From an uncultured Chlamydiales bacterium (GTDB lineage Bacteria; Chlamydiota; Chlamydiia; Chlamydiales; FEN-1388), in assembly GCA_963826935.1 (NCBI GenBank), contig CAWGYH010000005.1:388981-452980 (forward strand): a stretch of 64,000 nucleotides of DNA, read 5' to 3'. The position numbers and the translations under genes are program-made. Shown in pieces: positions 37,090-46,093 of the stretch. Under the pieces are notes generated by a model. The model did not search any database and was not told the DNA's origin. It saw only the letters and a list, made by a program, of their open reading frames with translations. How positions within the stretch are numbered: the first letter of the stretch is position 1; the number at the start of each line of letters is the position of its first letter.

Positions 37090-37368
37090 TTATATTTTTA
37101 TTATTAATTCTTTAAGGGAAAGCCAGTAGCTTTCTTCATGTTTCATAGCCATGCCTATTTCAACCGCAAGTTCATATGATTCTTTTGTGATTGGGATTCT
37201 GTATTCATACAGGAGCGGGACTAATGCTTCATAGGCAACGCCTGGTTCGCCATATACGATGCATTCATCAATAAACTTTTTATCATCTTGAGTTAAATTT
37301 GATTTATTGGTCTCAAAAAGTTGTCTAACAGCTTTTACAAATGAATCGTATGTGAAATTGATTTCCAT
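37090..37368 (-). CDS. MafI-like immunity protein, type A paralog
   Basis: FIDECIVYGEPGVAYEALVPLLYEYRIPITKESYELAVEIG...YWLSLKELI. Confidence 0.7.
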   Translation of the reverse strand: MEINFTYDSFVKAVRQLFETNKSNLTQDDKKFIDECIVYGEPGVAYEALVPLLYEYRIPITKESYELAVEIGMAMKHEESYWLSLKELIIKI

Positions 37369-37382
37369 AATGTACCTCCATT

Positions 37383-37514
37383 TTAAGGTATAGGGTGTCC
37401 TGTGATAATGCCTTCACCACCTGGTTCAATTATAACACGTATAGTTATCCCGTCTCTTGCCCCTTCAGCAAGATATCTTAGGCATTGCCCAGAATATTTA
37501 CGCACTTGTGGTTT
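37383..37514 (-). pseudogene. EndoU toxin C-terminal remnant (last ~43 codons only)
   Basis: It reads KPQVRKYSGQCLRYLAEGARDGITIRVIIEPGGEGIITGHPIP* after an in-frame stop. It lies upstream of MafI gene 37090-37368, in the same order as 27557/27263. Confidence 0.7.
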
Positions 37515-37557
37515 TCAAGAAAGAATTGGGGTTTGCCCGTTATCTATGTCGATCTTC

Positions 37558-37830
37558 TTATAAAATTAATTCCTTAAACCGTAACCACTTTCTTTCTTTT
37601 AGGTTCAAGATTTGCCCTACTTCTGCCATCAGATGATAAGATTCTTTAGTTATACGGGAATCATATTCATAGAGCTGATCACACAAATTTTCAAATGCAA
37701 TACCAGATTCTCCATGCTTGATTAGGTCTTCAATAGAATCAATATCATCTTGAGTTAAGAGAGATTTATTAGCTTCGAAAAGATGTTTTATCATATTTTC
37801 TAATATATGAGGTTGTTTTAACATAGTCAC
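37558..37830 (-). CDS. MafI-like immunity protein, type A paralog
   Basis: SIEDLIKHGESGIAFENLCDQLYEYDSRITKESYHLMAEVG...WLRFKELI. Confidence 0.7.
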   Translation of the reverse strand: MTMLKQPHILENMIKHLFEANKSLLTQDDIDSIEDLIKHGESGIAFENLCDQLYEYDSRITKESYHLMAEVGQILNLKERKWLRFKELIL

Positions 37831-37933
37831 TATTAAATCACTTTTTAAAATTGGGGTCAGGCATCACACTTCCAATTTGCCCAAATTGGAAGTTCTTTTG
37901 ATAAATTCATACGTGTTTCCTTTGCCTCGCTCC

Positions 37934-38206
37934 TTACTTATCGACAATCAATTCCTTAAGTGGCAACCAATAATTTTCATCAAAATTGTTATTCTGCCCA
38001 ATTTTTTCACTCAGGTCATAGGATTCTTTTGTAATTGGTGAGTCATGTTCATAGAGTTGAACACATAAAGTTTCATAGGCAACCCCCGATTCACCATATA
38101 TGATACACTCATCAATAAATTTTATATCGTCTTTAGTTAATCCTGATTTATTGGTCTCTAAAAGGAGTCTAACTTCTTTTTCAAATGAATCATCTGTAAT
38201 ATTCAT
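37934..38206 (-). CDS. MafI-like immunity protein, type A paralog
   Basis: DDSFEKEVRLLLETNKSGL...FIDECIIYGESGVAYETLCVQLYEHDSPITKESYDLSEKIG...YWLPLKELIVDK. Confidence 0.7.
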   Translation of the reverse strand: MNITDDSFEKEVRLLLETNKSGLTKDDIKFIDECIIYGESGVAYETLCVQLYEHDSPITKESYDLSEKIGQNNNFDENYWLPLKELIVDK

Positions 38207-38245
38207 AGTTAATCTCGGTAAAAAAAGTTAACAAAGTCGAGTCCA

Positions 38246-38417
38246 TTATGGAATAGGATGGGCAGTGATAATTCCTTCGCCCTCCAGGTTCAATTATAAC
38301 ACGTATGTTTATGCCATCTCTTACCCCTTCGGCAAGATATCGCATATTTGGAAATTGCGATCTACCCTTCCCTGTTTGTGTAACCACTTGATATTTGGAT
38401 CCGTTGCAATATCTGTA
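38246..38417 (-). pseudogene. EndoU toxin C-terminal remnant with a frameshift, 5'-truncated by a repeat element
   Basis: ...RYLAEGVRDGINIRVIIEPGG then +1 nt (ggagggcgaagg), after which GEGIITAHPIP* is out of frame. The upstream end abuts repeat 38418-38523. Confidence 0.7.
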
Positions 38418-38523
38418 ATTGGGGCCTGACATTCGGACATTCCAAAAGATGCTGACACTTAGCCTGCTATATGTGGCAATAACACTCAAATGTCCCAATT
38501 CCAAGCTTGACCCCGTTTTTGAC
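38418..38523. repeat. ~106-nt element, second copy of 28230-28337
   Basis: attggggcctgacattcggacattcc...ctatatgtggcaataacactcaaatgtcccaattccaagcttgaccccgttttt. Confidence 0.85.
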
Positions 38524-38544
38524 TCCGTTTTCATAGCAAACAGC

Positions 38545-39189
38545 CTACATACTCGACCTTTCAGCGGCTCTTTTTTGCCTATATTCAGCGCGCTTGATAG
38601 GTAGATCAGGGTCTACTTTAATATAGTTTTTGTCGATAGCATATCTTGTACTACAGATTGCATCATCGCCACTACTAACTAAAAGGCCGCCCTCTTTTTG
38701 AAATTGTTCGACACCCCCTGTATAGCCAATTTTATATGACCGTGATACACCACTGACAGCATCATAACCAATCATAGGATACTTTAGATGCTTTTTAAAC
38801 TTGCGTTTTAATTTGTTGAACAAAACAAGGCTATCTTTATTTTCATATTTAACATTTTCAACATACCACTCAGTTTTGATGGCAATATAACCTTTCCATA
38901 ACATTGCATCTTTCTCCTTAGGAGATACTACTTGAATCCATCCCTCCATAGGTAGATTTACTTCGCTAACTGGAATACCTTCTTTAACTGCTTTGTCAGT
39001 TAAGAAAAAATCCCAACAGACCTGTTTATTTATGACAGAAAGCAATAAGGGAAGGGGTAATTCTTGCACTATGGCATCTTTTTTGCCCTCAGCTAATACT
39101 GCATGTAAGTTGAGCGAAGTTATTATACCATTTATGATCTCCAGAAACTCATTGGGCTTTGCAAAAAAATACAATCCACGGGTTGCCAT
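38545..39189 (-). CDS. Hypothetical protein in immunity position downstream of a decayed rhs tip
   Basis: 214-aa ORF, 68 nt downstream of the toxin-remnant stop. No motif recognised. Confidence 0.5.
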   Translation of the reverse strand: MATRGLYFFAKPNEFLEIINGIITSLNLHAVLAEGKKDAIVQELPLPLLLSVINKQVCWDFFLTDKAVKEGIPVSEVNLPMEGWIQVVSPKEKDAMLWKGYIAIKTEWYVENVKYENKDSLVLFNKLKRKFKKHLKYPMIGYDAVSGVSRSYKIGYTGGVEQFQKEGGLLVSSGDDAICSTRYAIDKNYIKVDPDLPIKRAEYRQKRAAERSSM

Positions 39190-39257
39190 TTTACACCTTT
39201 TAGTTAACTAATGCTTAAAGAAATTATATCACTTGTTTTGAAAATTTAATTACACTT

Positions 39258-39728
39258 TTAGTCATTGTAAGGTACAAATTCCACCTCTTCGCCTAACGTC
39301 TTTAAATCTATTTTTGCTCGCCTTTCTCGAGCAACAGGTTTCTCAGCTTTTGTTTGTTAACCAACTTGAACATTATACTCACTGCCATCCTTGCGAACAA
39401 AAGTAGCATCAGCTTTTCTATATGATTTTTCACCATTTTTTCGTCTTGATGACTTTCTCTGGCTTCTCACCTTCTCCTGTATGTTTATGACCTAATGCTT
39501 TTTTCCTTTCAATGACTTTTTGTATTTTTTCTCTATGTTTCTGCCTTCCTTCGCATCCAGGGCGGTTTGGATTGAAATAAGATTTTGGATTCCAGAATAG
39601 TGAACCTTTGCCTTTTGTGGCCCACTTTATCACACGAAGTAGATGAGGCCGGTTTCAGGATGGGTTATTGGGCCTGTTTCGGATGCAAGCTGGGATAGGT
39701 AATCGTAGGTGAAGCCGCGAGTTGTTGT
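39258..39728 (-). pseudogene. Decayed orphan rhs core-tip + C-terminal toxin cassette
   Basis: 39630-39728 reads TTTRGFTYDYLSQLASETGPITHPETGLIYFV*. This joins an rhs1-like core segment (rhs1: RTFSYDFLSQLTSETGP) directly to the core-end motif (rhs1: DPETGLVYFGRRYY). The downstream toxin-like reading (..NGEKSYRKADATFVRKDGSEYNVQVG*QTKAEKPVARE..VEFVPYND*) needs a frameshift and contains a stop. Confidence 0.6.
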
Positions 39729-39967
39729 TCAGGTTTGGAGGATTAGGAGGTTACCCGCGCCAATCAAGTAAAAGAGCGTTTTCATTGAAATTCTTAATTT
39801 TCTTAAATCAGGTTTTGGGTTTTTTATCTCAGACTATACCCCTATTGTAACGTCAATGGACGTTGGGCTCGTTAGAAGATGGCAGCGTTTCCTTCTTAAG
39901 TTTTTACAAAAATTAGCCACACTAAGTATACTCTGTTTTCGATATCAAAAATAATGAGGTCGCATTT

Positions 39968-40822
39968 ATGAAAAATCTTATCTTCGCAGCTATAGTTTCT
40001 TTTCAAGCCTTTTCGTTGTTTGCAGCTGATGTCATCCCGGACGAACAACTAAAGGCATTTAATGAGCTTAAGAGGGAATCTCAGGGCACTTTTACCCTGC
40101 CACAGTCCCATTCCAAGATTAAAATTCCGCGTAATCATGAGCTGATCCTTGGCCAAGATGCTAAAAAGTATGACACGATTTGTGGGAATTTTTTTAATGA
40201 TGCTGTAGAAGCTGTCTTACTTCCACAAGACGACAATGGGGAAGTGTTTTTTGAGAATTATACGGATGGATATGTGTCTTTAGATGACTGGAATATAGTT
40301 GATGCAGCAGCCATGCTTCGCGAGCTGAGCGAAAGTACAGAATATCACAATAAGGAGAGAGTAAAGAGAGGTCTTCCCGAAATGCATGTGATAGGCTGGT
40401 GCAAAGAGCCTACGCTTGATTCCGAGACAAAAACAGTCTATTGGGCAATCGATCTTCAATCCGGAACCAACACGTTTGTAAATTCTGTGGCGTTACGCTT
40501 AAACCGTTTTGGCTATGAAAAATTGATTTGGGTTACGAGCAAACCCATCTTTCTTTCACACAATGAGCTGCAGCTTGCCCTTAAGTCACACCATTTTGAA
40601 AAGGGATTTCGATATGAAGATTACATGCATGGCGACAAAATTGCTCAATATGGAATAGCCACACTTGTTGCTGCAACCATAGGCTCAAAAGTGATAAAAG
40701 CTGGTCTACTTACAGGGCTATTTCTCTTTTGTAAGAAGTTTGCATTTATGATCATTGCCGCTATAGTGGCGCTCTTTTATAAACTCAAAGCCTTTTTCAA
40801 GCCAAAGCCAGAACGAGTTTAA
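39968..40822 (+). CDS. DUF2167-like membrane-anchored protein
   Basis: A signal peptide, then YTDGYVSLDDWN..DAAAMLRELSESTEYHNKERVKRGLPEMHVIGW...P.LD...K.VYWA and VNS.ALRL.R.G, then C-terminal TM segments. The pattern matches DUF2167 as I remember it. Confidence 0.55.
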   Translation: MKNLIFAAIVSFQAFSLFAADVIPDEQLKAFNELKRESQGTFTLPQSHSKIKIPRNHELILGQDAKKYDTICGNFFNDAVEAVLLPQDDNGEVFFENYTDGYVSLDDWNIVDAAAMLRELSESTEYHNKERVKRGLPEMHVIGWCKEPTLDSETKTVYWAIDLQSGTNTFVNSVALRLNRFGYEKLIWVTSKPIFLSHNELQLALKSHHFEKGFRYEDYMHGDKIAQYGIATLVAATIGSKVIKAGLLTGLFLFCKKFAFMIIAAIVALFYKLKAFFKPKPERV

Positions 40823-40893
40823 CTCGGGCCAGGCTAAAACCCTTTTGTAAATGCCCTTCTAGCTTTACTTTACAAGCTTGGGTCTTGTGAATT

Positions 40894-41733
40894 CTATTTA
40901 CAAAAGAACTTCCAGAATGGCTTCTTAGGAGGGCGACTTCTTCCTAGCAGGAAGTCATTCCATTCATTGCCCGCAAATTCACAATTGCCGCTCTTGATTG
41001 TAACGTGTGAGAAACCGAAGACGATTTGAACCAACTCTTTCCAGAGTTCAGCCATTTTTTCCAGTTTCTCTTTATCTTTAATTTCTTCATCTCGTTTTTC
41101 TAATGCCAAAGACACTACACCGTTATTTATGTCAACAAACCTTATAAACAACCCCATTAGTGTTCCCTTTATTAATTCAGGGGATTGAATAAAAAATCCG
41201 TGATAATTTGGATAAGGAAGCTCTTCGGGTTTTATTTCTTCCCCGCCATAATATCGAAAAACGATATTATAGCCTTTTTCTTTGAATTTTTCTTTCCAAA
41301 AAGCAGGTGTGGGAATCGCATGCGAAGGAAAGAACGCACTAATTTCATCGGGGTTTACCCAAGGTTGAAATGTTGTTTTAATGAGTTTTTCCGTTTGAAT
41401 AGTGAAGGATTCAGCAACAATATCAAAAAATCTAGATGCAGTTATCCTGATCCCGACTCCTTTATCTGTTTCTAATGGCTCTATGGATTCAACGCAAAAA
41501 TAATTACCATCCAGCAGATCTAAAGAGCCTATTTCGAGTATTCCTGAAGGTATGATCTTAAATGGTTGAATATGATGCTCTGAATAGGCATTGTAGTTGC
41601 CTTTTGTGGTATAGCCAACAGTTAGAGACATTGGATTAGTTTCAACGTGCAAAATATGCCCATCTTCAAAGTGTCCATTATCAGAAAACCATCGATCTAT
41701 CTCTTCGTACGTACGCAAAATTGTCATGGGCAT
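40894..41733 (-). CDS. Hypothetical cytoplasmic protein (last gene of the rhs1-downstream run)
   Basis: 279-aa ORF, co-directional, 13 nt downstream of the preceding gene. Confidence 0.5.
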   Translation of the reverse strand: MPMTILRTYEEIDRWFSDNGHFEDGHILHVETNPMSLTVGYTTKGNYNAYSEHHIQPFKIIPSGILEIGSLDLLDGNYFCVESIEPLETDKGVGIRITASRFFDIVAESFTIQTEKLIKTTFQPWVNPDEISAFFPSHAIPTPAFWKEKFKEKGYNIVFRYYGGEEIKPEELPYPNYHGFFIQSPELIKGTLMGLFIRFVDINNGVVSLALEKRDEEIKDKEKLEKMAELWKELVQIVFGFSHVTIKSGNCEFAGNEWNDFLLGRSRPPKKPFWKFFCK

Positions 41734-41746
41734 CTCCTGGTTTCAT

Positions 41747-42763
41747 TTACGGCCTAGGTGCTACAGGCTTGACATCCTCATAAGCAATGTTGGAGTTAGT
41801 TTGAGGTAGCTGGAGTATTAAAGTTCCCTTAGGATGTTGATTTTGATCTAAGTCAAAAGAAAAATCGGTTACTTTCTTTGTAAGGACGGTAATAGTATTT
41901 GCGAGAACTAGGGTGCCATACTTACCCTCTTTTTGTGTCATGGAGCCTGAAATTTTTGTGCAGGGCACTTTGTGTTTCCATTCTGTGCCCATAAGATATT
42001 CCCCAACACGTTCGATTTCATAGGTGGTCTCTGGCGAAAGAGGCTCAATCTTAACGACTAAAAGGTCATCAGAAATTCTCTTTTCCGCGGTTGCTTTTAC
42101 TGAAGCTGAAGCAAGGGTATTAATAGTGTATCCCTCTTGCATGTCCATCCCTTTAGCGCGAAAGAACTCGCGTTCTTCGAGCTGTTTTGTGTTGGCAAGC
42201 AAATTTTTCCAGACAGGACAGGAGTTGTCGCCATTTTTTGGAAGACAGTGCGTCATAAACAGAGTTAACCCTTGTTCTGAATTAAGACCAACCCATGCTG
42301 CATGCATTCGTGTCCCATTAGGTCGCAAGCCCTCTATCGCAAGGACGGGATACTTGCCCCAATTTAATTTTTTCAATTTGAACTCTTTAACTTGCAATTG
42401 GGCGAAGGTTTGCTCGAGTTCGGCTTCCAATGAAAATGTATCAGGACCTGTTTGAACCATTTCATATGAATGGCTAAGTGAGATCAGCTCTGATTTAATC
42501 TGCTCTACGTCTGTTTCACAGATTGCGATATCTTCCTTTGTTCCCCAAATAGTGCGCTCTTCAACCTCAGCTAAAATATAGTTAGATGGAATTGCGGGTT
42601 CAATAGCAGGGTACTCAACCCAGTCTTCTGGAATAAGCTCTTGAATGCGTAAAGTATTTTGTGCTGCAGATAAGAATCTTATGGAAAACAGCGTCAAAGC
42701 CAATAGACAAAAATAGATGGTTGGTTTTCTCAGCATTGCATTAATCTCCTCAAATAGTTTCAT
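41747..42763 (-). CDS. Secreted hypothetical protein
   Basis: Signal peptide ...IYFCLLALTLFSIRFLSAAQ. 338 aa. Confidence 0.55.
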   Translation of the reverse strand: MKLFEEINAMLRKPTIYFCLLALTLFSIRFLSAAQNTLRIQELIPEDWVEYPAIEPAIPSNYILAEVEERTIWGTKEDIAICETDVEQIKSELISLSHSYEMVQTGPDTFSLEAELEQTFAQLQVKEFKLKKLNWGKYPVLAIEGLRPNGTRMHAAWVGLNSEQGLTLFMTHCLPKNGDNSCPVWKNLLANTKQLEEREFFRAKGMDMQEGYTINTLASASVKATAEKRISDDLLVVKIEPLSPETTYEIERVGEYLMGTEWKHKVPCTKISGSMTQKEGKYGTLVLANTITVLTKKVTDFSFDLDQNQHPKGTLILQLPQTNSNIAYEDVKPVAPRP

Positions 42764-42918
42764 ATAAAAAAATTGTTAAATTCCCTTTTCCTACGAATTC
42801 ACGGTCCTTCTACCCATCTGACTTCTGAGCTTTGGCTGCTTCAAGTTGTTTCAATGCATCCTCATAAGTCTCTTCTAGTACAAATCATTTTTACCTCCTT
42901 AATTTTCAGAGTAATAGG

Positions 42919-43566
42919 TCAGAAAGAGACATTGGATCCCTCAACATAGCCAATTGTCAAGTCCGCTACTTGTTTCTCAATGGCTTCTGCATATGATTCT
43001 TCTAAGATTAAACGAAGAGCTTGGGTTTTTGGATCGACTTGATAATAATGGAATTTTTCATCATAGAAAGCGATTTCTGATAAATAAGGTGGCTGGGGGC
43101 GGTTAACGTTCTTATCCCAATAGACAATTTTGATTCCAAGTTGCTTAAGGTTGGGTGAGTCTAATTTCTGTCTTGGAAATTTGCGTTTTGTTTCTTCAAA
43201 GTAGGTTTGGGATAGCGGATCTTGTTGGATAGTGGCCAAAAATTTTTCTACAAGAGCTACTGCCCGGGTTCTTCCCTGTTGAAGACCCTCAGATGAATAA
43301 CATCTTAGCCATATTCCATACCTGAGATGTTTAGAAGGCTCAGTAAAATCGCCGATGTGAATCAGTTCACAGTTGTTTTTTTTACCATATTCCGTAGCGA
43401 TATCATCTAATCGTTGATATAAAGCTGATTCATATTTAGGACCCGAATATTTAGGCTCTCTGAATTTGATGAATAAAATGAACATTAGAAAGCATAGTGC
43501 TATAGCTCCAATGATTTTAAACAATGTTAAAAAGACAGCATTCAAATGACTAAAAAGATTTTTCAT
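42919..43566 (-). CDS. Membrane-anchored protein, paralog of 46892-47464 (pair member B2)
   Basis: The start is placed at ATG 43566 (RBS agga). Shares LQQGR..A....F....Q.DP...Y, I.I.(F/Y)WD..VNRP.PPYL..I.FY...FHY...DP.TQ.LRL and E.YA.A with 46892-47464. Confidence 0.65.
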   Translation of the reverse strand: MKNLFSHLNAVFLTLFKIIGAIALCFLMFILFIKFREPKYSGPKYESALYQRLDDIATEYGKKNNCELIHIGDFTEPSKHLRYGIWLRCYSSEGLQQGRTRAVALVEKFLATIQQDPLSQTYFEETKRKFPRQKLDSPNLKQLGIKIVYWDKNVNRPQPPYLSEIAFYDEKFHYYQVDPKTQALRLILEESYAEAIEKQVADLTIGYVEGSNVSF

Positions 43567-44089
43567 TTTCAACAATCCTTTTTGCTTCTTCAAGTGTTTC
43601 AGAGTGCATTAAAATCTTTTTATCGTCTCTTTCATATGCTGTTCTTTTTTTAAGCATTGTATATTCGATCATATTTTGATAAAGTTCAAATGAATATAAA
43701 ACGTTAGGGGTTTTTATTGGGTGAAATAATTCATCACGTATCCAGAAAGAAATGGAAACTCTTGAAGGTGGAAAAGGGTACTCAGCTAAAAATGGTCTGA
43801 GGGCAGTGTTAGAATTGATGTTATTTAATAAAAGCTGAGTGCTGTTCACAATAATTTGTCTCGCTTCCTTCAGAGAAAGCGATTTTTGCAAGCAAAAATT
43901 AATGGAGACGTTCCTTACCCCATGCATTCCGCCTAAGCCTACTGCGCTAAGTTTTGCATTATAGGTCTTTTCGATTTCATCTTGCGTTTCTTGAACGATG
44001 AGATGAATATTTTCGTCTATTGGATCTCGTTTATTATTGCATGCACACAATCCAAAACAAATAAGTAGTGTGAAGATTTGAATTTTCAT
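43550..44089 (-). CDS. Probable lipoprotein, paralog of 47454-48020 (pair member A2)
   Basis: MKIQIFTLLICFGLCAC is lipobox-like. Shares ..L.(E/K)AR......S....N....RPFL..(Y/F)P with 47454-48020. Confidence 0.6.
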   Translation of the reverse strand: MKIQIFTLLICFGLCACNNKRDPIDENIHLIVQETQDEIEKTYNAKLSAVGLGGMHGVRNVSINFCLQKSLSLKEARQIIVNSTQLLLNNINSNTALRPFLAEYPFPPSRVSISFWIRDELFHPIKTPNVLYSFELYQNMIEYTMLKKRTAYERDDKKILMHSETLEEAKRIVENEKSF

Positions 44090-44195
44090 AGTTAAGGACA
44101 TGTAGCGTACATGATTCATTATTGAGCCTGACCCGCTTTTGACCTGCTTTCCTTCTAGCTTGTTTAAAATGGAAGTGTGAGGTCGATTTCTAAAT

Positions 44196-44639
44196 TCAGT
44201 CTATGCCAAAGAATTTCCTTACCAGTGGAGCGAGATAAAAGCCTTCTTTTGTTATATAATTTTTCATTTTCTCTTTGCTTTCCAATTCTTTTACCATTGG
44301 AACCAAAATTTTCGTAAATAATTGGCCTAAGATTATTTTTCTTTCATCATCACTAAGGTTGTTATCCAAATCAAATGCTTCATTATATTCTGTTGGCTGT
44401 CTTCTAAATACATTTCCAATATCTCTGAGTAATTCCTTACTTTTCGTGTAATTATTTCCTAAAATTTTGTGTATATAAAATTTTATATTCAGGTAGTAGA
44501 GATTGGAATAATTCGACCTTTGTAAGTCAAGGGTTATAATACAGACAGGTGTTTCCTTAAACCACCCTCCATGTAGATATTCAAATCCATTAATAACAGC
44601 CAAACCGCCAAACATTTTCTTAAACTCTTTATTGTCCAT
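44196..44639 (-). CDS. Putative immunity protein (DUF4304-like) for the REase-fold toxin tip
   Basis: ATG 44639 lies 2 nt after the stop of 44642-44845. The family call is from vague recollection only. Confidence 0.45.
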   Translation of the reverse strand: MDNKEFKKMFGGLAVINGFEYLHGGWFKETPVCIITLDLQRSNYSNLYYLNIKFYIHKILGNNYTKSKELLRDIGNVFRRQPTEYNEAFDLDNNLSDDERKIILGQLFTKILVPMVKELESKEKMKNYITKEGFYLAPLVRKFFGID

Positions 44640-44641
44640 AG

Positions 44642-44845
44642 CTAATATGTATCCAATTGTGTATCCCAATCGCCTCCATGTAGAGGATGATTATCCATTT
44701 CTTTTTTGTATACTTCAAGTTTTTTCTTTCCCTTCGCAATCTGTGCGGGATTATATGGTTTTAACTCATGAATAGTCTTCGTTTCAAAATTAATGTAATC
44801 TATCCTCTTTCCGGTTAGAGTGCGATATTCTTTTTGATAATTCAT
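44642..44845 (-). CDS. Orphan restriction-endonuclease-fold toxin tip (67 aa)
   Basis: GKRIDYINFETKTIHELKPYN gives a D...E.K (PD-(D/E)xK-like) motif typical of Tox-REase tips. It starts in an ATGA overlap with the end of the MafI-like gene. Confidence 0.5.
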   Translation of the reverse strand: MNYQKEYRTLTGKRIDYINFETKTIHELKPYNPAQIAKGKKKLEVYKKEMDNHPLHGGDWDTQLDTY

Positions 44846-45138
44846 GGGGTCCTTTCCTTAAGTGGCAACCAATAATTTTCATTAAAATTCTTATTCAGCC
44901 CAATTTTTTCACTCAGATCATACGATTCTTTTGTAATTGGTGAGTCATGTTCATATAGTTGAATACACAGAGTCTCATACGCAACGCCTGATTCACCATA
45001 TGCTATTAATTCTTCAATAGAATCTATATCGTCATTTGTGAATCCTGATTTGTTGGCCTCAAACAGGTATCTCACCATTTTTTCAAAAGAATCATCAGTT
45101 TCTTCTCCTAAGGGAGTGGAAATCCAGTCTGACCCCAT
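44842..45138 (-). CDS. MafI-like immunity protein, type A paralog with a replaced C-terminal end
   Basis: DDSFEKMVRYLFEANKSGF...IEELIAYGESGVAYETLCIQLYEHDSPITKESYDLSEKIG...YWLPLKE, then RTP* instead of LIVDK*. Confidence 0.65.
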   Translation of the reverse strand: MGSDWISTPLGEETDDSFEKMVRYLFEANKSGFTNDDIDSIEELIAYGESGVAYETLCIQLYEHDSPITKESYDLSEKIGLNKNFNENYWLPLKERTP

Positions 45139-45201
45139 TTTGGCTGAGCCTATTTTAAAATCTCTTCTAAATGAATTAGTTGGGGCCGTGAATGCAGTGG
45201 T

Positions 45202-46053
45202 TTATATATTAATTCTTTGATTGTTATCGTCCTTCTTTACATTTGTATTTTTTTTACTATGCTTTAGTGCGTCTGCTCCCCAGAAGTACCTAAGAGTTCC
45301 GATCGGTGAATCAGGTTCGCATCGCTGTATTGTTATACTTGCTTGGCCGCCTATTTCATTCATTACTGTCGCATTTATGTTAGCCACAATTGTCCCATCA
45401 GCGCTTGCCTTCATGCCTTTCGCAAGTTGCGAATCACAGCTCTCTGATTTCACGAATAATTGCTCATTGGGTTTGAATCCTTTGCCAGTTAGAATAAAAC
45501 GATTTGCATCACGGGTTTCCATTATTAAACAAACATACGCACCATCCTCCCAGCTAAATTCGATAGGATTTGGTGTAATTACCGAAGCAATGCACGAATT
45601 TTTATCTTGGGACAACATTGCATAATAGGCTGGCTCACCGTTGATGAATTCTCCGAAGGTCTGAATGTAAAATTCAACATATTTCCTATTTTTTGTGGAA
45701 TATAATGTCCCTTTATATGATACAATGAATTTATCTAAAATGCTTTTATTGCCAATAGCGTCTAGTACATAAAGGGTGTATATTTCTCCTGGTCTGAAAT
45801 TTTTGAATTCAAGTAAATATAGTGGACTATCAATTTGAATTTCTGTATCTGATTGCAATATTGATGCAAGTTCATCGGCAGAAATTTTCTTAAATTCCAG
45901 CTTTGGCCCTTCAGAATTTTCATTATACACTGCGGCAGAGATGGAAGCTCTTATTGTTTCATCTTCAGTTTTCGGTCGGATACAACCACTAACCAGTAGC
46001 ATCAAAAGTAATGATCGCACAACAAAAATGAACATATTAGAAATTCCTGTCAT
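45202..46053 (-). CDS. Lipoprotein, function unknown
   Basis: Lipobox LLMLLVSGC. 283 aa. Confidence 0.6.
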   Translation of the reverse strand: MTGISNMFIFVVRSLLLMLLVSGCIRPKTEDETIRASISAAVYNENSEGPKLEFKKISADELASILQSDTEIQIDSPLYLLEFKNFRPGEIYTLYVLDAIGNKSILDKFIVSYKGTLYSTKNRKYVEFYIQTFGEFINGEPAYYAMLSQDKNSCIASVITPNPIEFSWEDGAYVCLIMETRDANRFILTGKGFKPNEQLFVKSESCDSQLAKGMKASADGTIVANINATVMNEIGGQASITIQRCEPDSPIGTLRYFWGADALKHSKKNTNVKKDDNNQRINI

Positions 46054-46093
46054 ATATTAGTTTTTTTTACATTTTATCATAAAAATATCGAGT

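Noticed and set aside
38190-38534. 114-aa ORF proposed by the track
   Set aside because: It is a chimera. Its N-terminal third reads through the 106-nt repeat, its middle is the EndoU remnant, and its C-terminus is the out-of-frame tail after a +1 shift that overlaps the next MafI gene.
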